From positions 1 to 54,866 of the forward strand of contig JAGYLS010000002.1 of assembly GCA_018400815.1 (NCBI GenBank): a stretch of 54,866 nt of DNA. The letters run 5' to 3'. Position numbers and translations under genes: made by a program. Origin of the DNA: Candidatus Oleincola secundus. Its GTDB lineage: Bacteria > Atribacterota > Phoenicimicrobiia > Phoenicimicrobiales > Stramentimicrobiaceae. Shown one piece after another: positions 38,529 through 50,715 of this stretch; position 1 is the first letter of the stretch, and each line of letters begins with the position of its first letter. The notes under the pieces were generated by a model. The model was not told the DNA's origin. It saw only the letters and a list, made by a program, of their open reading frames with translations, and did no database searches.

Positions 38529-39893
38529 TTAAACCATTTTAACAGGATTAACTATTCTATCAAATTCCTCTTCAGACAATAATTTTAATTTCAAAGTAGC
38601 CTCCTTTAGTGTTATGCCTTCATCATGAGCCTTCTTTGCAATTTTTGCTGCATTATCATAGCCAATTATAGGATTCAAAGCAGTAACTAACATGAGATTA
38701 TTTTTCAAAAAATAATCAATTCTTTCTTTATTCGGGGTAATTCCTTTTAAACAATTTTCTGTAAATGATACTATTGCATCAGATAATAGCCTGACTGACC
38801 GCAGAAAGTTATCAATAGTAACCGGTAAAAACACATTTAATTCAAAATTACCCTGGCTGGCAGCAATACCAATAGATACATCATTTCCCATAACCTGCAC
38901 TGCAACCATGGTTATTGCTTCACACTGAGTAGGATTAACCTTACCGGGCATGATTGAACTCCCCGGTTCATTAACCGGGATATTTAATTCTCCGATCCCA
39001 CAGCGGGGACCACTGGAAAGCCACCGAACATCATTGGCAATTTTCATCATATCGGCAGCTAATCCCTTTATCGCACCATGTGCAAAGACTATTTCATCAA
39101 GGCTGGTTAATGAGTGAAATTTATTTGGTGCGGTTTTAAATTTTTTTGAGGTCAGTTCGGCAATCTTTCCGGCAACTCGTTCCCCAAACTCAGGATGGCT
39201 ATTTAGACCTGTACCCACTGCAGTTCCTCCCAGGGCAAGATCCATCAATCTTTGGCATCCTACTCTAATCATTTCTTCACTGCGCTCTACCATCCTATAC
39301 CATCCGCTTATTTCCTGTCCAAGGGTAAGAGGAACAGCATCTTGTAAATGAGTTCTACCGGTCTTTACAATATCTTTATTTTCTTCAATCTTTTTCTCTA
39401 GTATATTTTTTATTAAAGAAATGGCAGGAAACAATTTTGTTTCCAATTCATTAACCGCAGCAATATGCATGGCAGTAGGGAAAGTATCATTTGAGCTCTG
39501 AGCTTTATTAACATGATCATTGGGGTGAACTTTATTCTTACCTAAAATCTGGTTTGCTCTATTTGCAATAACTTCATTAACATTCATGTTAGTCTGGGTT
39601 CCGCTACCGGTTTGCCATACTACTAAAGGAAAATGGTCATTTAGCCTACCCTCCAAAATTTCCTCACAAACATTAGCAATGGTATCAGCAATTTCTTTTT
39701 CTAACCAACCAAGCTGATAATTTGTTAAGGCAGCAGCTTTTTTTAAAATAGCAAAGGATCTTATCACTTCAATGGGCATTTTCTCTTTGCCAATCTTAAA
39801 ATTTTGAAAACTGCGCTGAGTCTGCGCTCCCCATAATCTATCTGAAGGAATTTTCACTTCCCCTAAACTGTCCTTCTCAATTCTCATCTCCAT
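38529..39893 (-). CDS. fumC: Class II fumarate hydratase
   Basis: 454 aa. [23 protein letters not shown], and the signature [15 protein letters not shown]. Confidence 0.9.
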   Translation of the reverse strand: MEMRIEKDSLGEVKIPSDRLWGAQTQRSFQNFKIGKEKMPIEVIRSFAILKKAAALTNYQLGWLEKEIADTIANVCEEILEGRLNDHFPLVVWQTGSGTQTNMNVNEVIANRANQILGKNKVHPNDHVNKAQSSNDTFPTAMHIAAVNELETKLFPAISLIKNILEKKIEENKDIVKTGRTHLQDAVPLTLGQEISGWYRMVERSEEMIRVGCQRLMDLALGGTAVGTGLNSHPEFGERVAGKIAELTSKKFKTAPNKFHSLTSLDEIVFAHGAIKGLAADMMKIANDVRWLSSGPRCGIGELNIPVNEPGSSIMPGKVNPTQCEAITMVAVQVMGNDVSIGIAASQGNFELNVFLPVTIDNFLRSVRLLSDAIVSFTENCLKGITPNKERIDYFLKNNLMLVTALNPIIGYDNAAKIAKKAHDEGITLKEATLKLKLLSEEEFDRIVNPVKMV

Positions 39894-40011
39894 TTTAAAG
39901 CTCCTCCGAAATCATAGCTTTATAACATACTATAATAATATTAATATTATGTATGCTAAAAATATCCTTTTAGTTTTTTTCAGTACCTTAATATATTATT
40001 AAGGTAATTCA

Positions 40012-41010
40012 TTACTTTTTTTCTATTACGGTTCCTGTTTTACCATGGTATGCATCAACTGCCCTGTCTAAGGATGAAATAATGGCTCTTTCCCCTCCAT
40101 TTTCCAGAAATCTAAGGCAGGCTTTTATTTTTGGCCCCATGCTTCCGGCAAGAAAATGCCCTTTTTCAAAATAAGACTTAGCTTCCAAGTAACTTATCTT
40201 CCCAAGTGCCCTCTCATTTGGTTTACCAAAATTTACTTTAACTTTCTCTACATCAGTCAAAATAAAGAAAATCTCAGCTCCAACAATTTCAGCTAATTTT
40301 TCCCCGGCAAGGTCTTTGTCGATAACTGCTTCAACCCCATTATAATTTCCATCCTCATCTTCTAAAACCGGAATACCTCCACCCCCCGAAGCAATGACAA
40401 TAACACCAGCATCAATCAATTTACTAATCACATCTCCATCCAAATTAGAGATAGGATCAGGAGATGGGACGGTTCTTCTCCAGCAAAGACCACTACCCGG
40501 CTTTACTTTTTTTATAATATAATCAGGGTTTTTCTTCTTAATTTCTTTTGCTTCTTCCTGAGTCAGAAAATTACCTACAGGTTTAGAAGCATTCTCATCT
40601 TTAAATTCGGGATCATTACGGTCAACAAGTACCTGGTTTAATATGGTAGAAACGGATTTCTTAATATTCATTTCTTTTAGATGATTTACTAAACTTTGTT
40701 GCAGCATATAACCAATTTGGCCTTGAGTCATGGCAACCAGTACATCCATAGGATGTGCAGGCACAATATCCTGAGCATTTTTTTGCTGTACCATGAGATT
40801 GCCAACCTGGGGTCCGTTACCATGAGTTATGACCAGACGATCCTCCGGATCAATATTCTTAACAATTTTTGAAATATATAGTGCAGTTTTCCGGCAATTT
40901 CTAAATTGTTCTTCTGAAGAACCTTTTTCATTTGGCAGCTTTATAGTGTTACCCCCTAATGCTACTAATATAACTTTTGCCATCTTTTCTCTAATCTCCT
41001 TTCTCAACAT
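40012..41010 (-). CDS. arcC: Carbamate kinase
   Basis: 332 aa. VALGGN, THGNGPQVG, SGGGGIPV and IDKDLAG motifs. Confidence 0.9.
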   Translation of the reverse strand: MLRKEIREKMAKVILVALGGNTIKLPNEKGSSEEQFRNCRKTALYISKIVKNIDPEDRLVITHGNGPQVGNLMVQQKNAQDIVPAHPMDVLVAMTQGQIGYMLQQSLVNHLKEMNIKKSVSTILNQVLVDRNDPEFKDENASKPVGNFLTQEEAKEIKKKNPDYIIKKVKPGSGLCWRRTVPSPDPISNLDGDVISKLIDAGVIVIASGGGGIPVLEDEDGNYNGVEAVIDKDLAGEKLAEIVGAEIFFILTDVEKVKVNFGKPNERALGKISYLEAKSYFEKGHFLAGSMGPKIKACLRFLENGGERAIISSLDRAVDAYHGKTGTVIEKK

Positions 41011-41104
41011 ACCACGGTTTATAACCTACATTAAAAAACCATAGATAATATAGTGATTAAAAAATTAATATAGCTTTTCTTATTCTTTTTCATGGTAAAA
41101 CCAA

Positions 41105-41128
41105 TTTATTTAACCATGGTTAAATAAA
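41105..41128. repeat. 24-bp perfect palindrome TTTATTTAACCATGGTTAAATAAA
   Basis: Same arms as 34738-34786, preceded by atggtaaaaccaat (41092-41105). It lies 22 nt downstream of the CPBP gene stop and ~95 nt upstream of arcC. Confidence 0.8.
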
Positions 41129-41149
41129 TGAACAGTAAAATATTAATTA

Positions 41150-41797
41150 TCAGAGATTAACAAAATATTTGATTGCAAAGTTAATAAAAACATGAATTAT
41201 AAAAGCCGGCCAGAAAGACTTTCCCCGATAGGCAATCCATCCAAACCACAAGCCTGTTACTATACAGGATAGAGTTTCTGCCTCAGGCTTACCCAGATGA
41301 AGCAAAACAAATGGAACCATCTGGATAATAATACTAACTTCACCAAATCGCTTTTTCAATCCAAATAGCAAAAATCCCCTGAGCAAATATTCCCAGGCAA
41401 ATAAGATAACAACTGCTGAGGTAAAAAATTCATAATAGTCGAATTGTCTTACATAATATTGCTGAACAGAGGCAAAACGGGAACCAATTAATAAAACCGG
41501 AACACCTACTACGATAGTTATAAAAACGTAGGATAACCAAATTCGATAATTTCCTATTCTAAAACCATAATCAAGGGGATTACCCCTTAAAATAAATAAG
41601 ATAACAAAAACCGGCATAATAACATAATAGATTAAATGGCTAAATGCTAAAGTTGGTCCAATTGGCCTGTACCACTGCATGACTAAAGAAAAAGTAGCCA
41701 GGGATAAGACAATAATAACCTGAAAATTATCTTTAAAAAATGATTTAACTGCCTGGTATTCCTGGTACACAAACTTCATCATTCGAAACTTCCTCAA
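41150..41797 (-). CDS. CPBP-family intramembrane glutamic endopeptidase (Abi/CAAX protease-like)
   Basis: 215 aa, multi-TM. WEYLLRGFL (EExxxR-like motif 1) and FIIHVFINF (motif with His). Confidence 0.7.
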   Translation of the reverse strand: MRKFRMMKFVYQEYQAVKSFFKDNFQVIIVLSLATFSLVMQWYRPIGPTLAFSHLIYYVIMPVFVILFILRGNPLDYGFRIGNYRIWLSYVFITIVVGVPVLLIGSRFASVQQYYVRQFDYYEFFTSAVVILFAWEYLLRGFLLFGLKKRFGEVSIIIQMVPFVLLHLGKPEAETLSCIVTGLWFGWIAYRGKSFWPAFIIHVFINFAIKYFVNL

Positions 41798-41843
41798 AAT
41801 AATTCGTTAGATTAACAAACCTCTAAACGAAAATTCTTTATAT

Positions 41844-42635
41844 TTAATCTTCTAACAAACCAAGTTTTTTCCCATATTCTTTATATCGAGGATGAAGAGG
41901 ATATTCTTCCTTTATGTATCTGGTAACAGGAAGACCCCACCCATTATTTTGCTCAAAGTGCATCCCTTCGATAAAATCTGGAAGTAATTCAGGAATCATG
42001 GTAAACATGAGGTCTCCATCCTGTGCTCTGGCAAAAGTCCGATCTCCTTTACAGGGAATAGCGACATAACATTCTCTATTTTTAAGAGCCGGCACAATGG
42101 CATAAACACAGGCTGCATGACCTGATAATTGGCAATGAAGGTCTCTCCCATCAATATAATTTTTAATTATTAACAAATAAGTTAACATTAAGCCATTAAC
42201 ATGCATAAAAATTAGATCGGGTTTAAAGTTAAGTTTATGAATTGGTGCCATAACAATTCCTTGATATTGACCTTCTTCCAAAGAAGGCATATTTTTACAC
42301 CATTCCTTCCCAGCCTCTAGAGTTTTCGCACTATCGGGATAACGATGTGTACCATCAAAAAAACCTTCATCCTTTTTAACCATACCCAAACCAATAACAG
42401 GTTCAAAACAATAATGGTCTTCCTTAAACATGGCTATTGTCTTTTCATTACCATCTTCTGATAATGACAAAGCCTGGCATAATGCCAGCTTGTGTCCTAA
42501 GTCTCTTGTGGGTATTATTGCTCCTTCGGGGACCTCGTTTCTGTTGTTCAACATTTTAATTGCAACAGGATGATTGCGCATTCTTAACCATACTTCAATC
42601 TCTTTTCCCATTTCTTTGATTTCTTCAAAATTCAT
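41844..42635 (-). CDS. DUF169-domain protein
   Basis: 263 aa. The N-terminal HPVAIKML... and the C..A pattern are what I associate with DUF169. Function unknown. Confidence 0.65.
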   Translation of the reverse strand: MNFEEIKEMGKEIEVWLRMRNHPVAIKMLNNRNEVPEGAIIPTRDLGHKLALCQALSLSEDGNEKTIAMFKEDHYCFEPVIGLGMVKKDEGFFDGTHRYPDSAKTLEAGKEWCKNMPSLEEGQYQGIVMAPIHKLNFKPDLIFMHVNGLMLTYLLIIKNYIDGRDLHCQLSGHAACVYAIVPALKNRECYVAIPCKGDRTFARAQDGDLMFTMIPELLPDFIEGMHFEQNNGWGLPVTRYIKEEYPLHPRYKEYGKKLGLLED

Positions 42636-42721
42636 AACAGGCTCCTATCCTAATAGATCCTAATAGATAATGTATTTACTATTTAAAAAACAAATGGTTT
42701 TCAATCAAGATAAATCTAAAA

Positions 42722-43759
42722 TTATAAATAATTCGCAGCTACTTTTTTGATTACTTTCACAGTCTCTATTGCATCTTCTTTGGATATGTGACGACTGGTT
42801 ACAATTCTAATTTTATCCGGTTCAACTGGTAATACCTGTATTCCTTCTTTATTCAGTTCTTGAACAAAATTTTCCAGGGATACTTTTAATTGACCAATAT
42901 TGCAATAAACCATATTTGTCTGGACACTTTCTAAATTAACATCCAAACCAGCTGTTTCACTTAGCTCCTTACCAATGTAATGTGCATTTTGATGGTCTTC
43001 CTTCAACCGGTCAATCATTTTCTCCAATGCCACAACTCCTGCTGCAGCAATTACACCAGCTTGTCTCATGCCACCACCTAACATCTTCCTGGCTTTTCTT
43101 GCTCTGTTTATAAAGGAAACATCTCCAACCAGAACAGACCCAACCGGTGTACTGAGACCTTTAGAAAGACAAAACATTATAGAATCAGCTTCCTTAACTA
43201 GTTCTTTAACATCAACATCCAGAGCAACTGAAGCATTAAAAATACGGGCTCCGTCAACATGAACTTTCAAATTCAATCCATGGGCTAGCTGACAAATCTC
43301 ATTCATTTGGTGAAGTGAATAGACGGACCCACCCCCACGATTATGAGAATTTTCAATACAAAGCAGGCCTGTAGGTGGATAATGGATATTTTTTGACCTG
43401 AGAGCAGCCTTGATGTTCTCAATACTCATAATTCCATTTATACCTGGCACTAAACGCGGGGAAAGACCGGCAATTCTGGCAAAACCGCCAACTTCATAGT
43501 AATAAATATGTGCATCTGCTTCTAATATAACCTCTTCCCCGGGCTTAGTATGACTCATCAACGCACAAAGGTTTCCCATGGTACCACTGGAAACAAACAT
43601 AGCAGCTTCTTTGCCTAATTTTTGAGCTGATAGTAATTCAAGTCTATTAACCGTTGGATCTTCACCAAATACATCATCCCCTAAAGGAGCATGACGCATT
43701 GCTTCCAGCATCTCTTCAGTAGGCATAGTCTGGGTATCACTCCGTAAATTAATTGGCAT
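42722..43759 (-). CDS. ltaE: Low-specificity L-threonine aldolase
   Basis: 345 aa. LRSDTQTMPTEEM, DDVFGEDPTVN, and the PLP-lysine context FCLSKGLSTPVGS. Confidence 0.85.
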   Translation of the reverse strand: MPINLRSDTQTMPTEEMLEAMRHAPLGDDVFGEDPTVNRLELLSAQKLGKEAAMFVSSGTMGNLCALMSHTKPGEEVILEADAHIYYYEVGGFARIAGLSPRLVPGINGIMSIENIKAALRSKNIHYPPTGLLCIENSHNRGGGSVYSLHQMNEICQLAHGLNLKVHVDGARIFNASVALDVDVKELVKEADSIMFCLSKGLSTPVGSVLVGDVSFINRARKARKMLGGGMRQAGVIAAAGVVALEKMIDRLKEDHQNAHYIGKELSETAGLDVNLESVQTNMVYCNIGQLKVSLENFVQELNKEGIQVLPVEPDKIRIVTSRHISKEDAIETVKVIKKVAANYL

Positions 43760-43895
43760 AGTAATATTCTCCTTAATTTCTATTCTAAATTATAGAGTGT
43801 GTGCTATAGCTTCTATAAAAGTTAACCAAGCTCACTTGAAATTGACCAGACCATCAAGGGTCTCCATAATAATATAGAAGATAATCAAATATAGT

Positions 43896-44200
43896 ATGGA
43901 GGACAAATTCAAGATAGCCCAATTAAATAGTAATTCAATAAAGTTAGTTTTGCAAGAGGCACTCTTTTCTAATCCAAATATGAGCCTGAAATCAAGAGTC
44001 ATGCTGCTACAACTTATGGATGATTAAAAAAGCGACCAACAGGTAAATGCATTATCTCATCAAAAATATTAGGATCCCTTTAGCAACTGTAAAAAGAGGA
44101 TTCTTAATAGAGGAACTGGCGACAATTTAATTTTACAGAAAAATTGGGATTGACTCAAACATGATCATCCATTTTTTACTTCATAATCTTATTTTTTAAT
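43896..44200 (+). pseudogene. Remnant of a helix-turn-helix (phage/plasmid-type) protein
   Basis: A 43-aa ORF (MEDKFKIAQLNSNSIKLVLQEALFSNPNMSLKSRVMLLQLMDD*) ends at 44027. HTH-like text (..IPLATVKRGFLIEELA..) continues in other frames. Weak call. Confidence 0.3.
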
Positions 44201-44292
44201 CAAATCTATATAATATTATTATAACATGACATTAATGAACTAAAATAATGAATTTAGGTATGTTCTTTTTCGATATACTCAATCTATTTTTC

Positions 44293-45202
44293 TTAAAAGT
44301 GTTTATAGCATAAAATCATTTGCTGCATGGCTATTGACAGGGCAATGGCATTTAATTTGGCCTCACTCCTTGTCTGCCCGGGAAGGAGATCGTAACTAGC
44401 GAAACCACCCTGGCACCGACCACAAGATTACCCTGAAGTTAGTATAATAGATAATACTTTCGAATGTTGCCACAAGCAATATTGGGAACGATTAATATAT
44501 CAGCCCTGACCTGCAACTGGTGACTGAATTCCTTTTTGAACTGCAAATTCCGAGATAGCATTATCAAGAGCTAGTGGACCATCAATAACACAACCCCAAT
44601 TTATCTGACCCCTTTGATTCATCTTAGCAACCCAAATTCCAAGCCTGCAAAGTCTCCTCCATATCCAGGTTAGCACTTCTACTGCTGCCAGCACCCACTA
44701 CCTTAGGTGTTTCAATGCCTTATGAGAGCTACACTCACTGCGTTTGTAATAATGGACCATTACTTTAGGGTCGGCTTAATATTTACCTGCATCGCAACTA
44801 ACACCAAACAGGATTGTTCTTCTCTCTGATCCTCAAATACAAAAACATCACTAATGGCAATTTTGGTTCTTAGTCCCGTTTCTTTGTGAACAGCTTTCAG
44901 AAGTGTGGCAGTTTTATTTTCCCTTTAACAAATACCATAGCACGACCTGCAGCTGCCGGAGCTTTTTCTTCTTCACTTTTAATTGAAACAATTTCCTGGA
45001 TAAAGAACGGTCCAGTAACCCAGCTCTTGCAAAATGCACTTTCGTTTCTTTTTCTTTGCCAACCAAAATAGCCTCACCAAAACCCTGCTCTAATAGCTTT
45101 TTTTTAACTGCTTTCAGTGCTTCAGGTCTTCTCCTCCGGCAATTACAACCCGTTGTCTGCCCCCTTCTGTTAATTCAGACACTGCTGAAAACTGGTTATC
45201 AT
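44293..45202 (-). pseudogene. Phosphate butyryl/acetyl-transferase (Ptb/Pta family) broken by multiple frameshifts and stops
   Basis: Own 3-frame reading finds fragments VVIAGGEDLK / ALKAVKKKLLEQGFGEAILVGKEKE / EEKAPAAAGRAMVFVKGK / DGPLALDNAISEFAVQKGIQSPVAGQ / EAKLNAIALSIAMQQ, colinear with Ptb but spread over all three frames. Total span ~303 codons. Confidence 0.65.
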
Positions 45203-45239
45203 TTTGTTCCTCCTTAATTTGACAATTATCTGCATTGAT

Positions 45240-46420
45240 TAGAATATGTAATACTGACCTATAGACTATAGCTTTTGATACCTTCCTTAATTTCTCCATG
45301 CCTTGTTTAATCATATCTAGAGGTAGCAAATGAAAAACGTAATATCCTTCCCCATATTGACCAAAGGCGTTACCGGGTACAGTCACTACACACTCATCAG
45401 AAACAGATACATAGATAAGTCTTCTGAATTTTTGCCTGTTTTGGTAATATTTGGAAGGCAAAAGCACCCTCCGGTGACAGACATTCAAATCCATCAATCT
45501 ACGTTAAGTCCTTTCATAATAACATCCCTGCGTTCTTGATAAGCAGCACGCATTTTTTCAATGCTAGCTTTAGTTTCTTGTTGATTTTGTAAGCCATATA
45601 ATACTGCACGCTGTGTTACAGAATTTGGACAAACAGCGGTATTCTGCTGAATTTTTATCATTTCTTTAACCAAAAATTCAGGGCAAGTGACGTAAGCGAT
45701 TCGCCAACCGGTCATGGCATAACTTTTTGAAAATCCAAAAATAGAAATAGTGCGTTCCTTCATTTCCGGCAGGGATGCGATACTCAAATGTTTTCTTCCA
45801 TCAAATAATATATCCTCATAGAGCTCATCACTGATAATAAACAAATTATGTTCTTTCGCTATTTCGGAAACCTTCTCTAAAATGTCCCTATTGATAACCA
45901 TACCGGTAGGATTACTGGGAGAATTCAGTAAAATGGCTTTTGTTTTTGGTGTAATCATCTTTTCTAACTCATTAGGGTCAATTTGAAAATGATTTGCCTC
46001 TCTAATGGGAAGAAAAACCGGATTCCCTCCCGCTAAAATAACCTGAGAACCATAAACAAGAAATCCGGGGTCTGGAACAATTAATTCATCTCCGGGGTTT
46101 AATAATACATAAAAAGCCGAAAATAAGGCTTGTGTACCTCCTGAGGTTACCAGTACTTCTTCAGATTTAACCGGAATATGATTAAAATCATTTAACTTCT
46201 GAGATAGTGCTTCTCTTAAATCAGCAAATCCGGCATTAGGAGTATAATGGGTGTAACCTTCTTCAATAGCCTGTTTTGCCGCTTCCCGAACATGATCAGG
46301 TGTAATAAAATCAGGTTCACCAATACCAAAACTAATAATATCTTTCCTGTTTTGTGCCAAATCAAACAATTTACGAATACCCGAAGGTTTGATTTTTTTA
46401 AGATTCTGATTCAATTCCAT
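45240..46420 (-). pseudogene. Class I/II (aspartate/aromatic-type) aminotransferase with a disrupted 3' end
   Basis: The first 308 codons are intact (PLP lysine in FGFSKSYAMTGWR) and stop at 45494. The expected C-terminal domain (GFECLSPEGAFAF..., VVTVPGNAFGQYGEGY..., DMIKQGMEKL) is split over other frames. The 3' boundary is approximate. Confidence 0.65.
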
Positions 46421-46472
46421 AATTTTCCTCCCTTAAAAATAAATCCAATTTAATCTATATATTTTAAACAGG

Positions 46473-47075
46473 TTAAGTAGGAATGACTTGCTTGTATCCC
46501 ATTTCCAGCGCTTTAAGATTAATATCAATAGTCCGGGCTGGTAAATTTTTTCGAACTGACCCAATAACCGCCTCTTTCTTAACAGGGAATTGAGGAATAG
46601 CCAGAGCAGCTCCCAGGATGACAATGTTTGCAGCAATAATATGACCGGCCTCTTTGGCCAACTTTTCAGCATCAATCAGATACAGATTGTCTATTTCCTG
46701 CTTAAACTTATCAAACATTTGGACTTTGTCTGGATATTTGGAAATACCCAAAGAAACAGTGAAAGGCACTATTATAGAGCTATTAGTTATAACCCAGGTA
46801 TGTTTACCAATTTTATCCAAAGTTCTCAATATTTCCGAAGGTTCAAATGCCAGAACTAAATCAGCAGCATTCTTCTCGATAAGTGGACTATTTGCTTTTC
46901 CAATCTTTACTTCAGTTACAACTGTTCCACCACGTTGTGCCATGCCATGGACTTCACTCATTACTACATTTAACCCCTGAGACATGGCCGCTTCTCCAAT
47001 AATGGTAGCAGTTTTTATCGTACCCTGTCCACCAATCCCGATTAAATAAATCTTATAACATTCTTTTGAAATCAA
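46473..47075 (-). CDS. iorB: Indolepyruvate:ferredoxin oxidoreductase beta subunit
   Basis: 200 aa, intact, with GIGGQGT and HGMAQRGG motifs. Its start overlaps the iorA stop (ATGA). Confidence 0.85.
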   Translation of the reverse strand: MISKECYKIYLIGIGGQGTIKTATIIGEAAMSQGLNVVMSEVHGMAQRGGTVVTEVKIGKANSPLIEKNAADLVLAFEPSEILRTLDKIGKHTWVITNSSIIVPFTVSLGISKYPDKVQMFDKFKQEIDNLYLIDAEKLAKEAGHIIAANIVILGAALAIPQFPVKKEAVIGSVRKNLPARTIDINLKALEMGYKQVIPT

Positions 47076-48908
47076 TTTTTCACCTCAATTGCTTTCTGCG
47101 GACATATCTGAACACACACTCCGCATCCAGTACACAATAATTCATTAATATGAACCGAGCCATCTTCTTTTTTATAAATAGCCGGGCAGTTAAATTGCTT
47201 TAGACAAATCTGGCATTGAGTACATTTTTCCTGATTAATTTGGAAAACTGGTCGTTTTTCTTTAGTTTTTAGCATAATACATGGTGAACGGGAAATAATG
47301 ACCGAAACACCCTGGTATTGCAGAGCTTCTTTGAAGACCGAGGTCGCCTTTTCAAGCTTACCGGGATCAAGCACACGGACATAACCGGCACCAGTAGCTT
47401 TCGCTAACTCTTCAATAGAAACAGCAGGAGTCTCTTCTCCCCATCCGTCTATCGGTATACTTGGATTAGGCTGACCACCAGTCATAGCAGTTATGCTGTT
47501 ATCCAGCACAACTACCATCATATTGGCACGATTGTGAACTGCGTTAATTAAAGGTGGTATCCCGGCATGAAAGAAAGTGGAATCACCAATAAGGGAAACA
47601 ATTTTTTGCTTGGTTGCCTTGGCCATACCGCTTCCTATACCAATACTGGAACCCATACAAATACAATAATCTGCCATATGATAGGGTGGTTGCATTGCCA
47701 GTGTATAACAACCAATATCATTAGAATAGATAATATCTTCATCTTTTATTTTCAAGCTTCTGGCAGCCTTTTTAATGGCATAAATAGATGAACGATGAGG
47801 GCAACCGGGACATAGTACCGGAGGCCGTAATGGTGGTGCTAAATCTATTTTTATTTCTGCTTCTTTAGATAAATTAAAATCTATTACTTTTGCCATCGAC
47901 TCAGCAATAATATCAGGATGATACTCATAAATTCGAGGAAATGTTCCATCTAATTTCCCGTGAACAGTTATTTGTTTGCATTCTTGACCTAACAGGGCCA
48001 GGGTTCTTTTCAATAACCGGCTCCACTTCTTCTATTATCATAACTTTGTCTATGCCACTAAGAAATTTTTGACTAATTCTCATGAAAGGATAACTTAATC
48101 CCAATTTAAGGATATTGATCTGCAAGGAATATTCATTAACGATATCCATTACATAATTGTATGACGCCTTTAGTGATAATGCCTGTTTTACCTATCACAA
48201 TGATTAACAATGCGATTAATTGGCGAATCATTTTGCTACTTTTCCTATCTGATGATGCTTTTCTATCAGGGCTTTCCGTAGTCCTTTGGCATGAAGCAGG
48301 TGCAATATTAAAACGTTTTCTTCTTTTTTAAAAAAAATCCTTCCTTCTTTTCTGTCTTAATACAATCCCAGTTGAACCACAGACCGCATGTAGAGACCCT
48401 GGTGGTTGTGCGCATTAATACAGGTATCTCAAACTGTTCGGATATCTCTATTCCGTATTTCATGAAATCTTTTACTTCCTGCGGGTTGGAAGGTTCTAAT
48501 ACCGGAATCAGCTAATTGTGCCATAAGTCGATTATCCTGTTCATTCTGGATGAATGCATTGAAGGGTCATCAGCTGAAAGTATAATCATACCTCCGAACA
48601 CCGGTATAAGCTGTGCTCATAAAGGAATCAACCTTTACATTTAAGGCGACATGTTTCATAAAAACAAAGAACATGCGGAGGCAGCAGCTGCAACAGAAAC
48701 TTCCAAAGCTACTTTTTCGTTCACAGAAAACTCAAAATAAACCCCTGCTTTTTGGCAATCTTGAAACCATTTCCAATCTCAGAGAAGGAGTCGGGATATG
48801 TTGGGGTAAAGAAACTCCTGCTTCCAATGCTCCTCTAACCGCTGCTTCGTTGCCTAATAAAAATAATTTATCATTTTTCTTCTTTTCTAAAATCTCTTCA
48901 ACTTTCAA
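47072..48908 (-). pseudogene. iorA: Indolepyruvate:ferredoxin oxidoreductase alpha subunit with a disrupted 5' half
   Basis: The C-terminal 313 codons are intact (TPP motif GDSTFFHAGIP, two CxxCxxCxxxCP clusters). Upstream, the N-terminal text (KVEEILEKKKNDKLFLLGNEAAVRGALEAGVS | EIGNGFKIAKKQGFILSFSVNEKVALEVS | INILKLGLSYPF...DKVMIIEEVEPVIEK) jumps between frames with several stops. The ~612-codon span equals full IorA length. Confidence 0.75.
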
Positions 48909-49755
48909 TTGATTACTCTATTCTTTTGAGATATTTCAAACCTCTTGCTAAATATTGCTTGTTCAAAACAAGACCTGAAAGCTTGTGGTAATGTAATTTT
49001 TCAACCACCGTGGTTAACCATCTTATTTCCAAGATATCAGATTCCAGGCAGCAGGAGCTTGGTCAGGTTTTGAAACTCAAAGAACGGCAATATTTCCTCT
49101 ATCATCAAAAATCGGTGCAGCAATACAGCATACTCGGGACGATACTTCACTGACAAAACTATAGCCTTGTTCACGAATTTTCTGAAAAATTAAAATTAGC
49201 TGCTTAGGATCCGTCACTGTCTTCGGGGTATAAGATTTCAGAATTTATTTTTCTTTAAAAAGGCATTTTGCGTTGTTTTCATACCTGATAAGCCAGTAAT
49301 GCTCTGCCTAAGGCAGTACAGTGGAGCAGGTTGATAAGTACCAACTTTAAAGTCAAGCTTCAGGGCATGAGGTGATTCGATACTGTGCAAGTATGCTACC
49401 TGACCTTGATCAGAACTGCAGGTTAACCATTTCTTTATATTTTCCCGCCAATCTTTTCATATGAGGAATAATATCTTAGAATATGAATGCGCTCATTCAT
49501 GGCAATGCCAATTTTGGAAAATTTATAGGTGAGATAGTATTTACGGCTCTCCCTGTGTGTGCTATATAACCAAGAGATCTCAAGGTTCCCAACAATCGGT
49601 AGAACAGTCCCTTTTGGGCAGAGGTGAGATTCTTTCATTAATTCAGCTATGGAATATTCCATTTTGCCTCTTGCTAATATTTCAACAAGAAAAAAAGCAA
49701 ATTTAACAGACCGTACGGGATATTTGAAGGATTTGTCATTATCAAGTTGTTCCAT
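48905..49755 (-). pseudogene. IclR-family transcriptional regulator with a degraded C-terminal effector domain
   Basis: The N-terminal wHTH is intact for 106 codons (VRSVKFAFFLVEILARGKMEYSIAELMKESHLCPKGTV). The remaining ~160 codons show IclR-like fragments interrupted by stops in every frame. The 3' boundary is approximate. Confidence 0.55.
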
Positions 49756-49910
49756 TATTTAAACCTATAGTTTTATATAATAAACTATTTTAGTATAACA
49801 TAGTTTAAATAATTTGTCTTCCCAATAGATAATTACTTTGCATCAATCAGGGTTTTACAATGTTGTAAAATTAAATTGCAAAAGACATTTCGAGAAAAAT
49901 TTATAGAGAC

Positions 49911-50715
49911 TCTATCATTCTTTTTAAAATTTCTTTCATGTTATTACTCAAATTTCTTACCAACTCTGGATTATCAATTGCTTGATCCAAGGTCAATCCG
50001 AATACTTACTAGCATCAACTTTTGTAATCATGCAAGTAATTTTTCTTTAAGCTGCTCCTTATTATTAATACTTTCAATGCATTCATAATTCGGCATTATA
50101 CCTTTCTCCTAAATACCAGAGCAAATCATAATAATCCCTCCCATAACTGTTGCTAAGGTTTTTTATTTATCGGTCTTTCCCATTTTCTCATCAAAACAGC
50201 TCGAATCTTGGTAGCCATTAAAGTTGGTAAATCATGAGTCTTGGCATGGCCACTGTTCTATTAAACTTAAATAAAGGAATAGTTTCTATTTTGTAATCTA
50301 CAAAAACAAATTGAAAATTTCTATTTTCAAAGAAGGTCAAATTCACTTTTCCCGGCTAATCCCAATTCACGCAGCAAGGGAATTTTTAAATAGATCCAGA
50401 ATTTCTGTGTCACTGCTTTTACTTCAAGATCTGTCTTTTTCTTAAAGTACTCTTCTAATCTCTTCAATAATTGCAAGAACTTCTATTTTTCTTTCAAATC
50501 AACAAAATCCAAATCTTCTGAAAGGCGCATTTTATAACAGTGAGCAAACAGAGCCTCCATAAAAAACAAGCTGACTGTATCTCCTGTCAGAATAGATAAA
50601 ATCCAAAACAAGAATCTGCAAATAATTCTTTAACAAATTTCGGGTAAAAACACTTGTCATCATAAACAGCAGACTCCTTAGTGGATTTAGCTAAATATAC
50701 TTTTATTAATTCCAT
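49911..50715 (-). pseudogene. AbiEii/AbiGii-family nucleotidyltransferase toxin, heavily degraded
   Basis: Own reading from ATG 50715: MELIKVYLAKSTKESAVYDDKCFYPKFVKELFADS.. then ..LVFYGGS..RLSEDLDFVDLKEK.. and ..GRDYYDLLWYLGE.. fragments, separated by many stops and frameshifts. No ORF above 60 aa. Confidence 0.6.
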
